From positions 32,001 to 96,000 of the forward strand of contig JAHLVW010000094.1 in NCBI GenBank assembly GCA_019058275.1: a stretch of DNA of 64,000 nucleotides, read 5' to 3'. The number at the start of each line of letters is the position of its first letter. Position 1 is the first letter of the stretch. Below, one piece after another: positions 10,545 through 19,372 of the stretch. The notes below the pieces were generated by a model, which saw nothing but the letters and a program-made list of their open reading frames with translations, did no database searches and was not told where the DNA came from. A program made the translations under genes and the position numbers. The stretch is from Candidatus Heimdallarchaeota archaeon. GTDB lineage: Archaea > Asgardarchaeota > Heimdallarchaeia > JABLTI01.

Positions 10545-10710
10545 GTTGAGATTCCTGATGCAACTATTGACCTTCGAGTTTGTTATGACTATATAATCAA
10601 AGAAATGAATGACTTCGATGTTTTTACGTTAGACAGTACAGAAGGAATTTGCTAATTTGCAAAAAAGATAGTATTTTGTTTCAAAACAAATACTATCTAA
10701 GTATTTCTTT

Positions 10711-11769
10711 TTAAGATCCACCAAAAAACGAATCCAATGTAGGTTGCTTTTTCTCTTCTGCGACTTTCTTCAATGTCTTCTCGAGAGCATTTCGTACCCT
10801 TGTCTCAGAGAATCCTCTTTGTCCTGATAAGAAGTCAACTATACCATCAATATCTGGGGATTTCCAGTTTAAAGTATAATCACTTATAACTTCTGGTTTC
10901 AAGAATATATTCCTAATTGACTCAATATCAAAATCGATCTTTGCTTCTGCCATCTTTGGAAGCTTTAAGATATTTTCAAGTGTTTCATGTTCTTGTATTA
11001 ATTTTAAAGCTGTTTTTGGACCTATGCCTGAGACTCCAATTCCATTAGGATTAAAATCTGTGCCCAACAAAATTGCAATATCAATTAACTTTTCAACTGT
11101 TAGATCATTAGCTTTTAATGAGCGTTCAAGATCAATCAATTCAGGTTTAACCTCTACGTAGACATTCTTGCGTGGTAATTTTCGTTTTCCAGAGATTGTC
11201 AAATTCCTAACTAATTTTGGTGTTCCAAAAAGCAAGCTATCATAATCTTGAGAACAACTAGCCCATACATCTCCCTTCTTTGCCATCACAGCTGCTTGTC
11301 CTTCCCCTTCCATTGGTGCATGAATAACAGGAACACCCATTAATTGCAGAAGCTGTGTTGCATCTTTCAACATAGGTGTTGTTAACCGAGCAGTTCGCTG
11401 TGCGTATTTTTGAGCTAACTCCATATCCCCTCTTTCTAATGCTTCTTCATAAGCAACTTCTGCTTCCTTCTTTACTTGCTTTCTTCTAAAAACCTCTTTG
11501 GCTTTTTCTTCAGGGGGTTTTCCATCAAAAATGAAAACTACTTTAATGCCACTCCCAATGGATTTGGTTACCCTGTAAAGTAAACCGGAAAGGTGACTAG
11601 TAACATTGCCCTTTTCATCTGTTAGTAAACTACCATCGGATTGTCTAATTCTAGTCAAAAATTGATAGAGAATATTGTTTCCGTCAAAAGCAATTGCTTT
11701 ATCGCGAAAGAAATCAAACGAAACTTCTTGACGTTCAGGAATTAAATCTCCAAGCTTTGTTACACCCAT
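10711..11769 (-). CDS. fen: Flap endonuclease 1
   Basis: MGV start at 11769, DGNNILYQF, EGEGQAA, SQDYDSLLFG, GTDFNP, PIP box QPTLDSFF. Confidence 0.97.
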   Translation of the reverse strand: MGVTKLGDLIPERQEVSFDFFRDKAIAFDGNNILYQFLTRIRQSDGSLLTDEKGNVTSHLSGLLYRVTKSIGSGIKVVFIFDGKPPEEKAKEVFRRKQVKKEAEVAYEEALERGDMELAQKYAQRTARLTTPMLKDATQLLQLMGVPVIHAPMEGEGQAAVMAKKGDVWASCSQDYDSLLFGTPKLVRNLTISGKRKLPRKNVYVEVKPELIDLERSLKANDLTVEKLIDIAILLGTDFNPNGIGVSGIGPKTALKLIQEHETLENILKLPKMAEAKIDFDIESIRNIFLKPEVISDYTLNWKSPDIDGIVDFLSGQRGFSETRVRNALEKTLKKVAEEKKQPTLDSFFGGS

Positions 11770-11890
11770 TGATAATGTTCTCCAAAATGTAACTTTCAAA
11801 CATGAACTATTAATATTTCCAATGCTATTTTCTTAAAGAGTTTTGTATAATTGATTGATTAAATTTTAATGCTTGAACATAGTATAGAAC

Positions 11891-12223
11891 TTGGGGAATG
11901 CGTTGCAAGAAACAAATTACAATAAACTAGTACGAGATAAAATCCCATCTATAATTCTGGCTGATGGACGTAAACCTAAAACTAAGAAAATCGAATCAGA
12001 TGAAGAACTCAAAATTCTCTTAGCAGACAAACTGATTGAAGAATCACATGAATATCTGAATAATAAGAAAATCGAAGAACTTGCAGATATTATGGAAATA
12101 ATTCTTACTATCCTGAAAATAGAAAATATTGACTTATCTGATTTTGAAAGAATGAGACTTGAAAAGAAAAGGGATAGAGGAGGATTTGACGAACAAATTT
12201 ATCTAATCTCTGTGCTAGATTAG
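11891..12223 (+). CDS. MazG-like (phosphoribosyl-ATP pyrophosphohydrolase-like) NTP pyrophosphatase
   Basis: YNKLVRDKIP, KLIEE..E, EELADI.E, KKRDRGGF. Confidence 0.85.
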   Translation: MGNALQETNYNKLVRDKIPSIILADGRKPKTKKIESDEELKILLADKLIEESHEYLNNKKIEELADIMEIILTILKIENIDLSDFERMRLEKKRDRGGFDEQIYLISVLD

Positions 12224-12368
12224 TTTAAATCAAACTTCTCATGTAAAAATTACTTTAAGTTAACTCTCTTGAAATAACCTTCTTTTGATTGACTACTCCA
12301 TCATTTTCCCTAGAACCTTGTACAGAACCAAATGATTTCCTTGAGATGATTGGAAGACCAATTAAAAA

Positions 12369-12734
12369 CTATAGTGATCCTTCTATTACATTGGTTTGTA
12401 ATTTAAGATCTGATAGAAATTCCATTAATTGGTTGTTAACTTTGCTTTGAAAGTCATTCCATTTTTCCTCTTCATCTTGTGGAATATCTTCCCATGAAAT
12501 CACGTAATTATTAACTTCTGGTCTGTGGTTCGTATGAAAATTGTATAACCGAACATGGATTGCCTTCAAATGTTTTGGATCATCAGCGAAACAATTAGCG
12601 AAATATTCCAAAGAATAAGTGATAACTTTGCTATTCTTAATTTGTTTACTGAACTCCTCGCGACTATCCATTATTTTCTTTATAGAACTACTAAACCTCG
12701 GAGGTTTTTCAACAATCGTTGTCAAAACTTTCAC
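12369..12734 (-). CDS. Hypothetical protein
   Basis: ORF with GTG start downstream of a structured leader. Confidence 0.6.
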   Translation of the reverse strand: MKVLTTIVEKPPRFSSSIKKIMDSREEFSKQIKNSKVITYSLEYFANCFADDPKHLKAIHVRLYNFHTNHRPEVNNYVISWEDIPQDEEEKWNDFQSKVNNQLMEFLSDLKLQTNVIEGSL

Positions 12735-12977
12735 CTGCTACAAAATCAATATTTTCTCTTTACCCCCTCCCCTTGATTTCCAGTGGAACTCGAAATAAAG
12801 GGAGATACCTCTATGGGGCTAACTAGGCTAATACTGATTAAATAACTTATATAATTAATCATCTATAAGTATTTCGGTTCATCTATATTTTTAAGGTACT
12901 ATCTATATATTACATCAATAGTATATACTTTTAAATAGCAAGTTGAATGTATATACAATCAACAAAACAAAAAACTG

Positions 12978-13301
12978 GTGTTGATTAAGAAAATGATAAC
13001 AATTCAAGAAACCCAAGACAAACTCTTGGATCTGATTAACTCTCGATTATCTGTAAGACAATTGGAAACCCCTGGAGTTCAAAACCCAATGCGAATGCTT
13101 GGTGAAAGAATGCTAAACATGTTCGCAGGACAAATGATCTCAGATTCAATGATGGCTGAACAAAAAGAAGACATCAAGGAAGAACTTTTAGAAACTGTGA
13201 TGAGCTCATTAGCCTTAGCTGGTTTGCTAGGAATAGATCTTCAACGAGAATTAATGGATGCAATAGCATTACTCGAACAAGTTACTGCAGAAGGAGCTTA
13301 A
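12978..13301 (+). CDS. Helical protein with degenerate MazG-like fold
   Basis: IKEELLET...LALAGLLGIDL resembles MazG EELAD...LA..LGIDL; probable start at ATG 12993. Confidence 0.55.
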   Translation: MLIKKMITIQETQDKLLDLINSRLSVRQLETPGVQNPMRMLGERMLNMFAGQMISDSMMAEQKEDIKEELLETVMSSLALAGLLGIDLQRELMDAIALLEQVTAEGA

Positions 13302-13537
13302 TCCTTAATTTTCTTATTGAAAATTCTTTAGGATTAAAGTTCCTCATAGTTTGTTTATTTAATAGAATTAAAATTTAGGTCTTAGTTTTAGTTGGAAACT
13401 AATAATTCAGCATTTACTTTTAATATTGACTTCAATTACTATTTGTTGAATCTTATCGTCTATCAAAAAACTTAAAGAAAGAACACAACACATAATTTAA
13501 GATAATAAGATACAATTACCATTTTGGAAGTAGACAA

Positions 13538-15031
13538 ATGTCTGATAATATTAACGTTCCAATACGTATGTTAGTCTTCACATCCCCGGATTGCTATGCA
13601 TGTCCTGATGTTGAACGAATTGTCCACAAACATGTAGGTACTTACTATTCCGATATGTGCCATATTAGTACGATAGATGTGCAGCAACAACCAAAGATTG
13701 CTGAAAAGTACAATGTGAGGACGTTGCCAACTGTTATGATTGACGATGAAATTGTTCTTCAAGGTTTAGTCACTGAGAGTGACATCAGAGACTTATTATG
13801 GCAGCAAGTAACTGGATCGATGATGGATAGAGAAGAGTCATTTGATGCAAGAAAGGAAACTCTTCTTACAATAAGCAAAAACAGTTTTGACTCATTACTG
13901 AATGAGGATTTCATCAGACCCAATATTGGTGATTATATTCATGTTGGTGTTATGCAACAAATGATGGTTTCACTTGTTGCGCTAGACAAACTTGTTCCTC
14001 AACTCCTTTATCAAGCAGGGAAGGATGTTGGATTGTATGGTGTTGGTACTTATCTTATGATTACTTTAAATCCAAATATTGGAACCGAGTTTAGGGCTAA
14101 AGAAAGATTTGAGGAAGTAATTAATGGCTTAGTAAAATACTTCTCAGACAATGAAACTATCAATATTCCAATGAAACTAGCAGATTCTGCTAAAATAGTT
14201 AAGATTAAAGATGACTTAGCAATTTTAAGAATTACTGGGTTAGCAAGTGCATGTGGTGCACCTTTTGTTGGCGAACCTTTGTGCCATTTTTCAGCTGGTG
14301 AAATGGCAGGCATAACTCAAGCCTTAACTGGAAAAGATTGTATTGTTCATGAGTCGAAATGCATCGGTTTGGGTCATGAGTACTGTGAATTCGAAATACA
14401 CGTTTCAGATGAACCGATAAGTAGAAGTCAAAGAGAAAGTAAAGAAGAATATATAGTAGAAGATCGTAGTCAGCACTTCCAAGGAATCTTACATGATATT
14501 TCAAGAAGGTTACATGAATCCTTCATTAGTCCAAAAGATGTTTTTAACAGAGGAAATATCAGTAATGAAGTGCATTTTACCAAGCTCCAGCAAGCAATTG
14601 TGAATATTAAAATGGCTGATCCATTTTCTGGTGCATTACTATATGCAGCAGGAAGACAGTTAGGCATTTTTGGTCCAGGAAGGGATATACTCCAGCGATA
14701 TTTAGAAGATGAAAATTATTCTTGGCCATTAACACTCGATCAATCTTTACATGTTCTGAATAAATTCTTTCATTTTGGGATGATGCAGGCAGCAAAAGAA
14801 CGAGCCGATGTCAAAATTATCGAAGAAGATGGAGTATTAAAAGTAAGAATTTTCGAATGTGCGATGTCATCTGGAGCAATTGATTCAGGTACCACTTTTT
14901 GTGACTTCATGGCTGGATATATTGCTGGTCGAATACAAATCTTGACCAGTAAAGATTGCATTGTCAATGAAACGAAATGTCATGGTCTTGGTCATAAATT
15001 CTGTGAGTTTGAAATTTCTTTTGTTGAATAA
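13538..15031 (+). CDS. Thioredoxin/glutaredoxin domain fused to two V4R domains
   Basis: FTSPDCYAC and cis-Pro TLPT; two copies of C.F.AG..AG......E.KC.GLGH..CEFEI. Confidence 0.85.
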   Translation: MSDNINVPIRMLVFTSPDCYACPDVERIVHKHVGTYYSDMCHISTIDVQQQPKIAEKYNVRTLPTVMIDDEIVLQGLVTESDIRDLLWQQVTGSMMDREESFDARKETLLTISKNSFDSLLNEDFIRPNIGDYIHVGVMQQMMVSLVALDKLVPQLLYQAGKDVGLYGVGTYLMITLNPNIGTEFRAKERFEEVINGLVKYFSDNETINIPMKLADSAKIVKIKDDLAILRITGLASACGAPFVGEPLCHFSAGEMAGITQALTGKDCIVHESKCIGLGHEYCEFEIHVSDEPISRSQRESKEEYIVEDRSQHFQGILHDISRRLHESFISPKDVFNRGNISNEVHFTKLQQAIVNIKMADPFSGALLYAAGRQLGIFGPGRDILQRYLEDENYSWPLTLDQSLHVLNKFFHFGMMQAAKERADVKIIEEDGVLKVRIFECAMSSGAIDSGTTFCDFMAGYIAGRIQILTSKDCIVNETKCHGLGHKFCEFEISFVE

Positions 15032-15054
15032 ATGATTCATTGGAGATGTAATCT

Positions 15055-15543
15055 ATTAGCAAGAAGAAATCAAAAAGCAAATCATTAGCAATTGGTGACA
15101 AGGCACCATTATTTTCTTTACCAAACAAAGCTGGCGAAACAATCAAATTGGAAGATTATATTGGTAAAAAGGTACTAGTAGTTTATTTTTATCCAAAAAA
15201 TGAAACTGATGGATGCACAACTGAAGCTTGCACATTTAGAGATCGTTATGAACTTTTTACAAAAGCTAATGCAGAAGTTATAGGTATTAGCGGTGATTCA
15301 TTAGAATCGCATACTGATTTTTCCTCAAAATACAAACTACCTTTCATTTTGCTAAGTGACAGTGATAATAAAGTAAGAAAGCTCTATGATGTTAAGGCAA
15401 CCTTTGGATTAATTCCGGGACGAGTAACTTATATCATTGATAGAAAAGGAATTATCCAACAAATCTTTGTTTCTCAATTTAATCCAAAGAAGCATGTTGA
15501 TGAAGCTCTTAGGGTTATTGCTGAGATCAATAAAGAAAACTAA
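15055..15543 (+). CDS. bcp: Peroxiredoxin BCP/PrxQ
   Basis: YFYPKNETDGCTTEAC. The conserved N-terminus (LAIGDKAPLFSL) lies upstream of the track's TTG at 15148, so an ATT start at 15055 is proposed. Confidence 0.9.
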   Translation: MSKKKSKSKSLAIGDKAPLFSLPNKAGETIKLEDYIGKKVLVVYFYPKNETDGCTTEACTFRDRYELFTKANAEVIGISGDSLESHTDFSSKYKLPFILLSDSDNKVRKLYDVKATFGLIPGRVTYIIDRKGIIQQIFVSQFNPKKHVDEALRVIAEINKEN

Positions 15544-15646
15544 AGTATCCCTTTTAATTAATGAATTATTGTTTTAGAGGTAGAAACAATATTTAAATTT
15601 GTTATTAATAAAACAACTTGGGATTATTGTCGAGTTCAAAAAGTGA

Positions 15647-16540
15647 ATGATTATGCCCTCTGAAACTAAAGGTAAACAGAATAATGAAGAATTAGAACAA
15701 GAAGAGGTTGACAAAGAAGAAGAAAAGAAATGGGAACCACCAGAACTACCTCGCTATCTTAGAATTATCTTAACAGTTATTGCAAATACAATAACTTTGC
15801 TCAACTTCGCAAGTGGAGTAACAGCAATAATACTAGTATCAATAGATCCAAGAAATTACCTATATGCATTATGGACTGCAAGGCTTGTTCTACTTGCAAT
15901 CATATTTGATTTTACAGATGGCATACCTGCAAGATTAGCAAAGAAGAAACCAGGATTCTTTGGCACATTTGTTGATTCTGCAGCAGATACAGTATCATTT
16001 GGTCTAGCACCAGCAGTTATGATTTCTTTAAGTTTGCCAATATTAAATACTGTAAGTACTGCTCACTTCATTCAAGCAATTTTTTCAATAATTGTAGGAT
16101 TGTATTTTGGTTTCTGTACAATCTTTAGATTGATAAGATTTACAAAAGAATCCAGCAAAAAATGGTTTAAAGGAATTCCCTCACCAGGTGCAGGTTGTGC
16201 AGCAGCTTGTTATATTATAATTAAATTATTCATTGAAGAACAAGTAGAATCCACTTCTATTGCGACACCCATTGTTGGATTAATACTAATGATATTGACA
16301 GGAACAATGATGATAGTGACAATAAGGTATCCAACTACAAAGTTACCAAAGAATTTCTTAGAGGTTTTTCTTTTAGGATTAGCTGCTGTAACCATTGTAG
16401 CTTGTGTAGCTACTCCTTTAACTTATGTCATTTATCCAGCTGCATTAATGGCAGCGCTAACTATCTTTTACGTCCTGTATGGACCATTTTATCTGGTAAA
16501 ACACATGCTAGTACGAGCAAAAGCTGCAGAAGATTACTAA
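15647..16540 (+). CDS. CDP-alcohol phosphatidyltransferase (archaetidylserine synthase-like)
   Basis: DFTDGIPAR...G...DSAADTVSFG.AP, RL.RF, FKGIPSP. Confidence 0.88.
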   Translation: MIMPSETKGKQNNEELEQEEVDKEEEKKWEPPELPRYLRIILTVIANTITLLNFASGVTAIILVSIDPRNYLYALWTARLVLLAIIFDFTDGIPARLAKKKPGFFGTFVDSAADTVSFGLAPAVMISLSLPILNTVSTAHFIQAIFSIIVGLYFGFCTIFRLIRFTKESSKKWFKGIPSPGAGCAAACYIIIKLFIEEQVESTSIATPIVGLILMILTGTMMIVTIRYPTTKLPKNFLEVFLLGLAAVTIVACVATPLTYVIYPAALMAALTIFYVLYGPFYLVKHMLVRAKAAEDY

Positions 16541-16603
16541 TTGCCATATAACAAAGGTTTTCAAATAAGTTAGTATAGAATAACAAGAAAGATACTTGCT
16601 TAT

Positions 16604-17386
16604 TTGGAGAACAAAAAAATGGATTTTCAACGAATACCAGCCAAAACGCCTATTGAGGAAGCAACTAAACCAAAAACTCAATCGAGTGGAATACCTGGAT
16701 TTGACGTAACAATTGGTGGTGGAATACCAGATGGTTCTCTCATATTGTTGTTAGGTGAACCAGGATCAAGTTATGAAATATTCGCCTTACAAATGTTGTA
16801 TAATCAAGCAAAAGAAGGGAAAAAAGTGTTCTATGTTTCAGTTGATAAACCTCCCTCAGAAGTGGATTTGGAAATGCTGACATTTAACTGGAATATTGAC
16901 ACCTACAAATCTATTGGTTCATGGTCATATATTGATGCATATGGGGCAAAATTTTCCCCAGATGATACCTCCCCTGTAATAGCTTGGGATAAAGGCTTAT
17001 TGAATCTATTAAGAACGAAATTTATTAAAAACGTAGCAAAATCTGTGCAACCATTTACGATCATTGATACAGTATCACATCTTTTACTAGATTACGATGT
17101 TGATCAAGTTCGAGAATTAGTTGAGAATTTGATAACAAGTGTTGTTAGAAAGGTTGGCGGAGTACATCTACTTCTTATGGTTAAAGGGATGCATGATCTC
17201 AAAACTGAAGTTTTGTTCAGTCATATCGCTGATGGGGTTATCGATTTTTACTTAAGAGAAAGATCAGATCAACTCCAGAGAACTTTCAGAGTAAGAAAAA
17301 TGAGAAAAGCAATTTATGATACAAGACTCTATCCTGTCAATTTAGGACCAGAAGGATTACAAATCGAAACTGCCCAAAGACTCTAG
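16604..17386 (+). CDS. KaiC/RAD55-like RecA-fold protein with degenerate Walker A
   Basis: SGIPGFD...GGG, GEPGSSYE (in place of GxPGxGKT), HIADGVI, VRKMR; likely start at ATG 16619. Confidence 0.85.
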   Translation: MENKKMDFQRIPAKTPIEEATKPKTQSSGIPGFDVTIGGGIPDGSLILLLGEPGSSYEIFALQMLYNQAKEGKKVFYVSVDKPPSEVDLEMLTFNWNIDTYKSIGSWSYIDAYGAKFSPDDTSPVIAWDKGLLNLLRTKFIKNVAKSVQPFTIIDTVSHLLLDYDVDQVRELVENLITSVVRKVGGVHLLLMVKGMHDLKTEVLFSHIADGVIDFYLRERSDQLQRTFRVRKMRKAIYDTRLYPVNLGPEGLQIETAQRL

Positions 17387-17517
17387 TTTAACCGATTCTT
17401 TTCTTATTCTTTTAATTAGAAATGGTAATAGTGAACCTTTTATTTTTAAAATGATACAAAGGATTAATGAAATAATCCTTTGTAATTTATTCCTTAACCA
17501 GTTGAGGTAATTGCATT

Positions 17518-19080
17518 TTGACAGAAAAAAATGTACCATGGACAGAACTTTATCGTCCAACAAATTTAGGTCAAGTAGTAGGAAATGAAGATGCAATTGA
17601 AGCTTTGAGAGATTGGTTTGATTCATGGTCACCAAAAGCAAAACGGAAAGTTGCCTTATTACATGGACCTGCTGGAACAGGAAAAACTAGTAGTGTTATA
17701 GCACTGGCTACTGAAAGAGGTTATGAACTCGTTGAAATGAATGCTAGTGATAAACGTAATAAAGATGCAATTTTGAGAATAGCAGGCAGCTCAGCAAAAG
17801 AAGGGACCTTAACTGGAGGAACAACTGGTAAACGGATTCTGTTAATAGACGAAGTTGATGGTATAACTGGGAGAGAAGATAGAGGAGGAGCAAAATCATT
17901 AGTTGATGTAATAAAGGAAGCCGCAGTACCTATCATCTGTACAGCAAATAATGCCTATCACAAAAAACTGAAAGCACTTAGGAAAGAATCAAAAGTGATT
18001 TCTTATCACCCCATTCATCAAGAGTATATTCTCAAAGTTTTGAAGAAAATAAGTAGAGATCAGAAATTAGAGCTTACATCTGAGGATTTTAACTTCATAG
18101 CAGAAAATGCTCATGGTGATTTAAGAAGTGCTATCAATGATTTAGAAGGCATGGTTTTACAAATTCGAAGTGGAAAAATATCTGATATTGAGTTATTAAA
18201 ACCTTATAGAGATAAAACAAAGGGAATACAAGAAGCATTAGTAGATATATTTAATGCTCAGGATTTTATTGAAGGTAAAAAAGCAGTAGATGGCTTAAAA
18301 ATCAAATATGATGAGCTACTTTTATGGGTATTCGAAAATGCTTACCTTCATTCCAGTGACCAACAGCTTGCTGAAGTTTATGAGACCCTTGCTTCAGCTG
18401 ATCGATTTCTAGGAAGAATAATGCGTAGACAAAGTTGGAATCTTCTTTCATATTTCTTTGATTTAGTATCAGGTGGAGTAGCAGTTGATGTTGATCGTCC
18501 AGGAAAGAATATTAAACAATATATTTTTCCTCAAAAAATCGGTATGTATGCACAAACAATGTTTACAAGAGCTCTGAGAGATTCCATTGCATCAAATATC
18601 GCTGAGAAAACTCACACTTCAACAATAGCTGCTAGAGGAGAATCGATGCATGTAGTTAAGCAAATACTCAACAGTGGTATTGGTGATGCAGCACAAATGG
18701 CTTATTGGTTAGAATTAGATGAGAATCAATTAAAATCACTAATAGAAAACCAAGAATCTATCAGGAAAATAAAGAAAGTAATGAAAGCCTATGATAAGGA
18801 AAAAATGAAGCTGCAAACATCAATGGGTGACCAAAGATTCTCAAGTTTTGATGATACAGGTGATAATTGGTCAGATATCTTAATTGAATACGAAAAGAAG
18901 AAAGAAGAGAAATTAGCTGAAGAAAAACGTAGAAAGGAAGAAGAGAAAAAACGAAAAGCTGAAGAAAGAAAAGCTAAAAAAGCTGCTGCAAAGAAAGAAG
19001 TTAAAAAAACAAAGCAAGTAGATGATCAAGATTTAGAAAAGAAAGCCAAAAAACAAGCATCTCTTGATCAATATTTCTAA
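17518..19080 (+). CDS. rfcL: Replication factor C large subunit
   Basis: PWTELYRP, GPAGTGKT, EMNASD, IDEVD, GDLRSAINDL, PIP box QASLDQYF. Confidence 0.95.
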   Translation: MTEKNVPWTELYRPTNLGQVVGNEDAIEALRDWFDSWSPKAKRKVALLHGPAGTGKTSSVIALATERGYELVEMNASDKRNKDAILRIAGSSAKEGTLTGGTTGKRILLIDEVDGITGREDRGGAKSLVDVIKEAAVPIICTANNAYHKKLKALRKESKVISYHPIHQEYILKVLKKISRDQKLELTSEDFNFIAENAHGDLRSAINDLEGMVLQIRSGKISDIELLKPYRDKTKGIQEALVDIFNAQDFIEGKKAVDGLKIKYDELLLWVFENAYLHSSDQQLAEVYETLASADRFLGRIMRRQSWNLLSYFFDLVSGGVAVDVDRPGKNIKQYIFPQKIGMYAQTMFTRALRDSIASNIAEKTHTSTIAARGESMHVVKQILNSGIGDAAQMAYWLELDENQLKSLIENQESIRKIKKVMKAYDKEKMKLQTSMGDQRFSSFDDTGDNWSDILIEYEKKKEEKLAEEKRRKEEEKKRKAEERKAKKAAAKKEVKKTKQVDDQDLEKKAKKQASLDQYF

Positions 19081-19137
19081 TCAATTTGATAATGTTTACC
19101 AAATAATATTGCTATTATTATTTGAGGGAATAATGTT

Positions 19138-19305
19138 TTGAATTCAAAATATTGAATCATTAAAGCAATAGGTTTTGCATTCGGAACAATTTTGCTAATT
19201 TTACTTTATCCAGTTACTGCTATTATTCGACTCTTTCGATCCAAAAGACATGATGAGAGTATTAACAAATCAATAAGAACCGGGCAATATGGATATGACT
19301 ATTAG
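19138..19305 (+). pseudogene. Small single-TM ORF interrupted by an in-frame TGA at codon 6
   Basis: TTG start after GAGGG; reads MNSKY*IIKAIGFAFGTILLILLYPVTAIIRLFRSK...YDY. Confidence 0.3.
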
Positions 19306-19372
19306 CTGTTTTAAAAGAAAATTCTAGCAGAAGTCTTTGAGAAGTATATCTTTTCAAGGATTGCTATAAACA

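Noticed and set aside
10545-10655. Short open frame after pmbA
   Set aside because: About 35 codons, no convincing start and no recognisable family.
18890-19020. Purine-rich repeat-like tract
   Set aside because: It encodes the ordinary K/E-rich linker of RFC-L.
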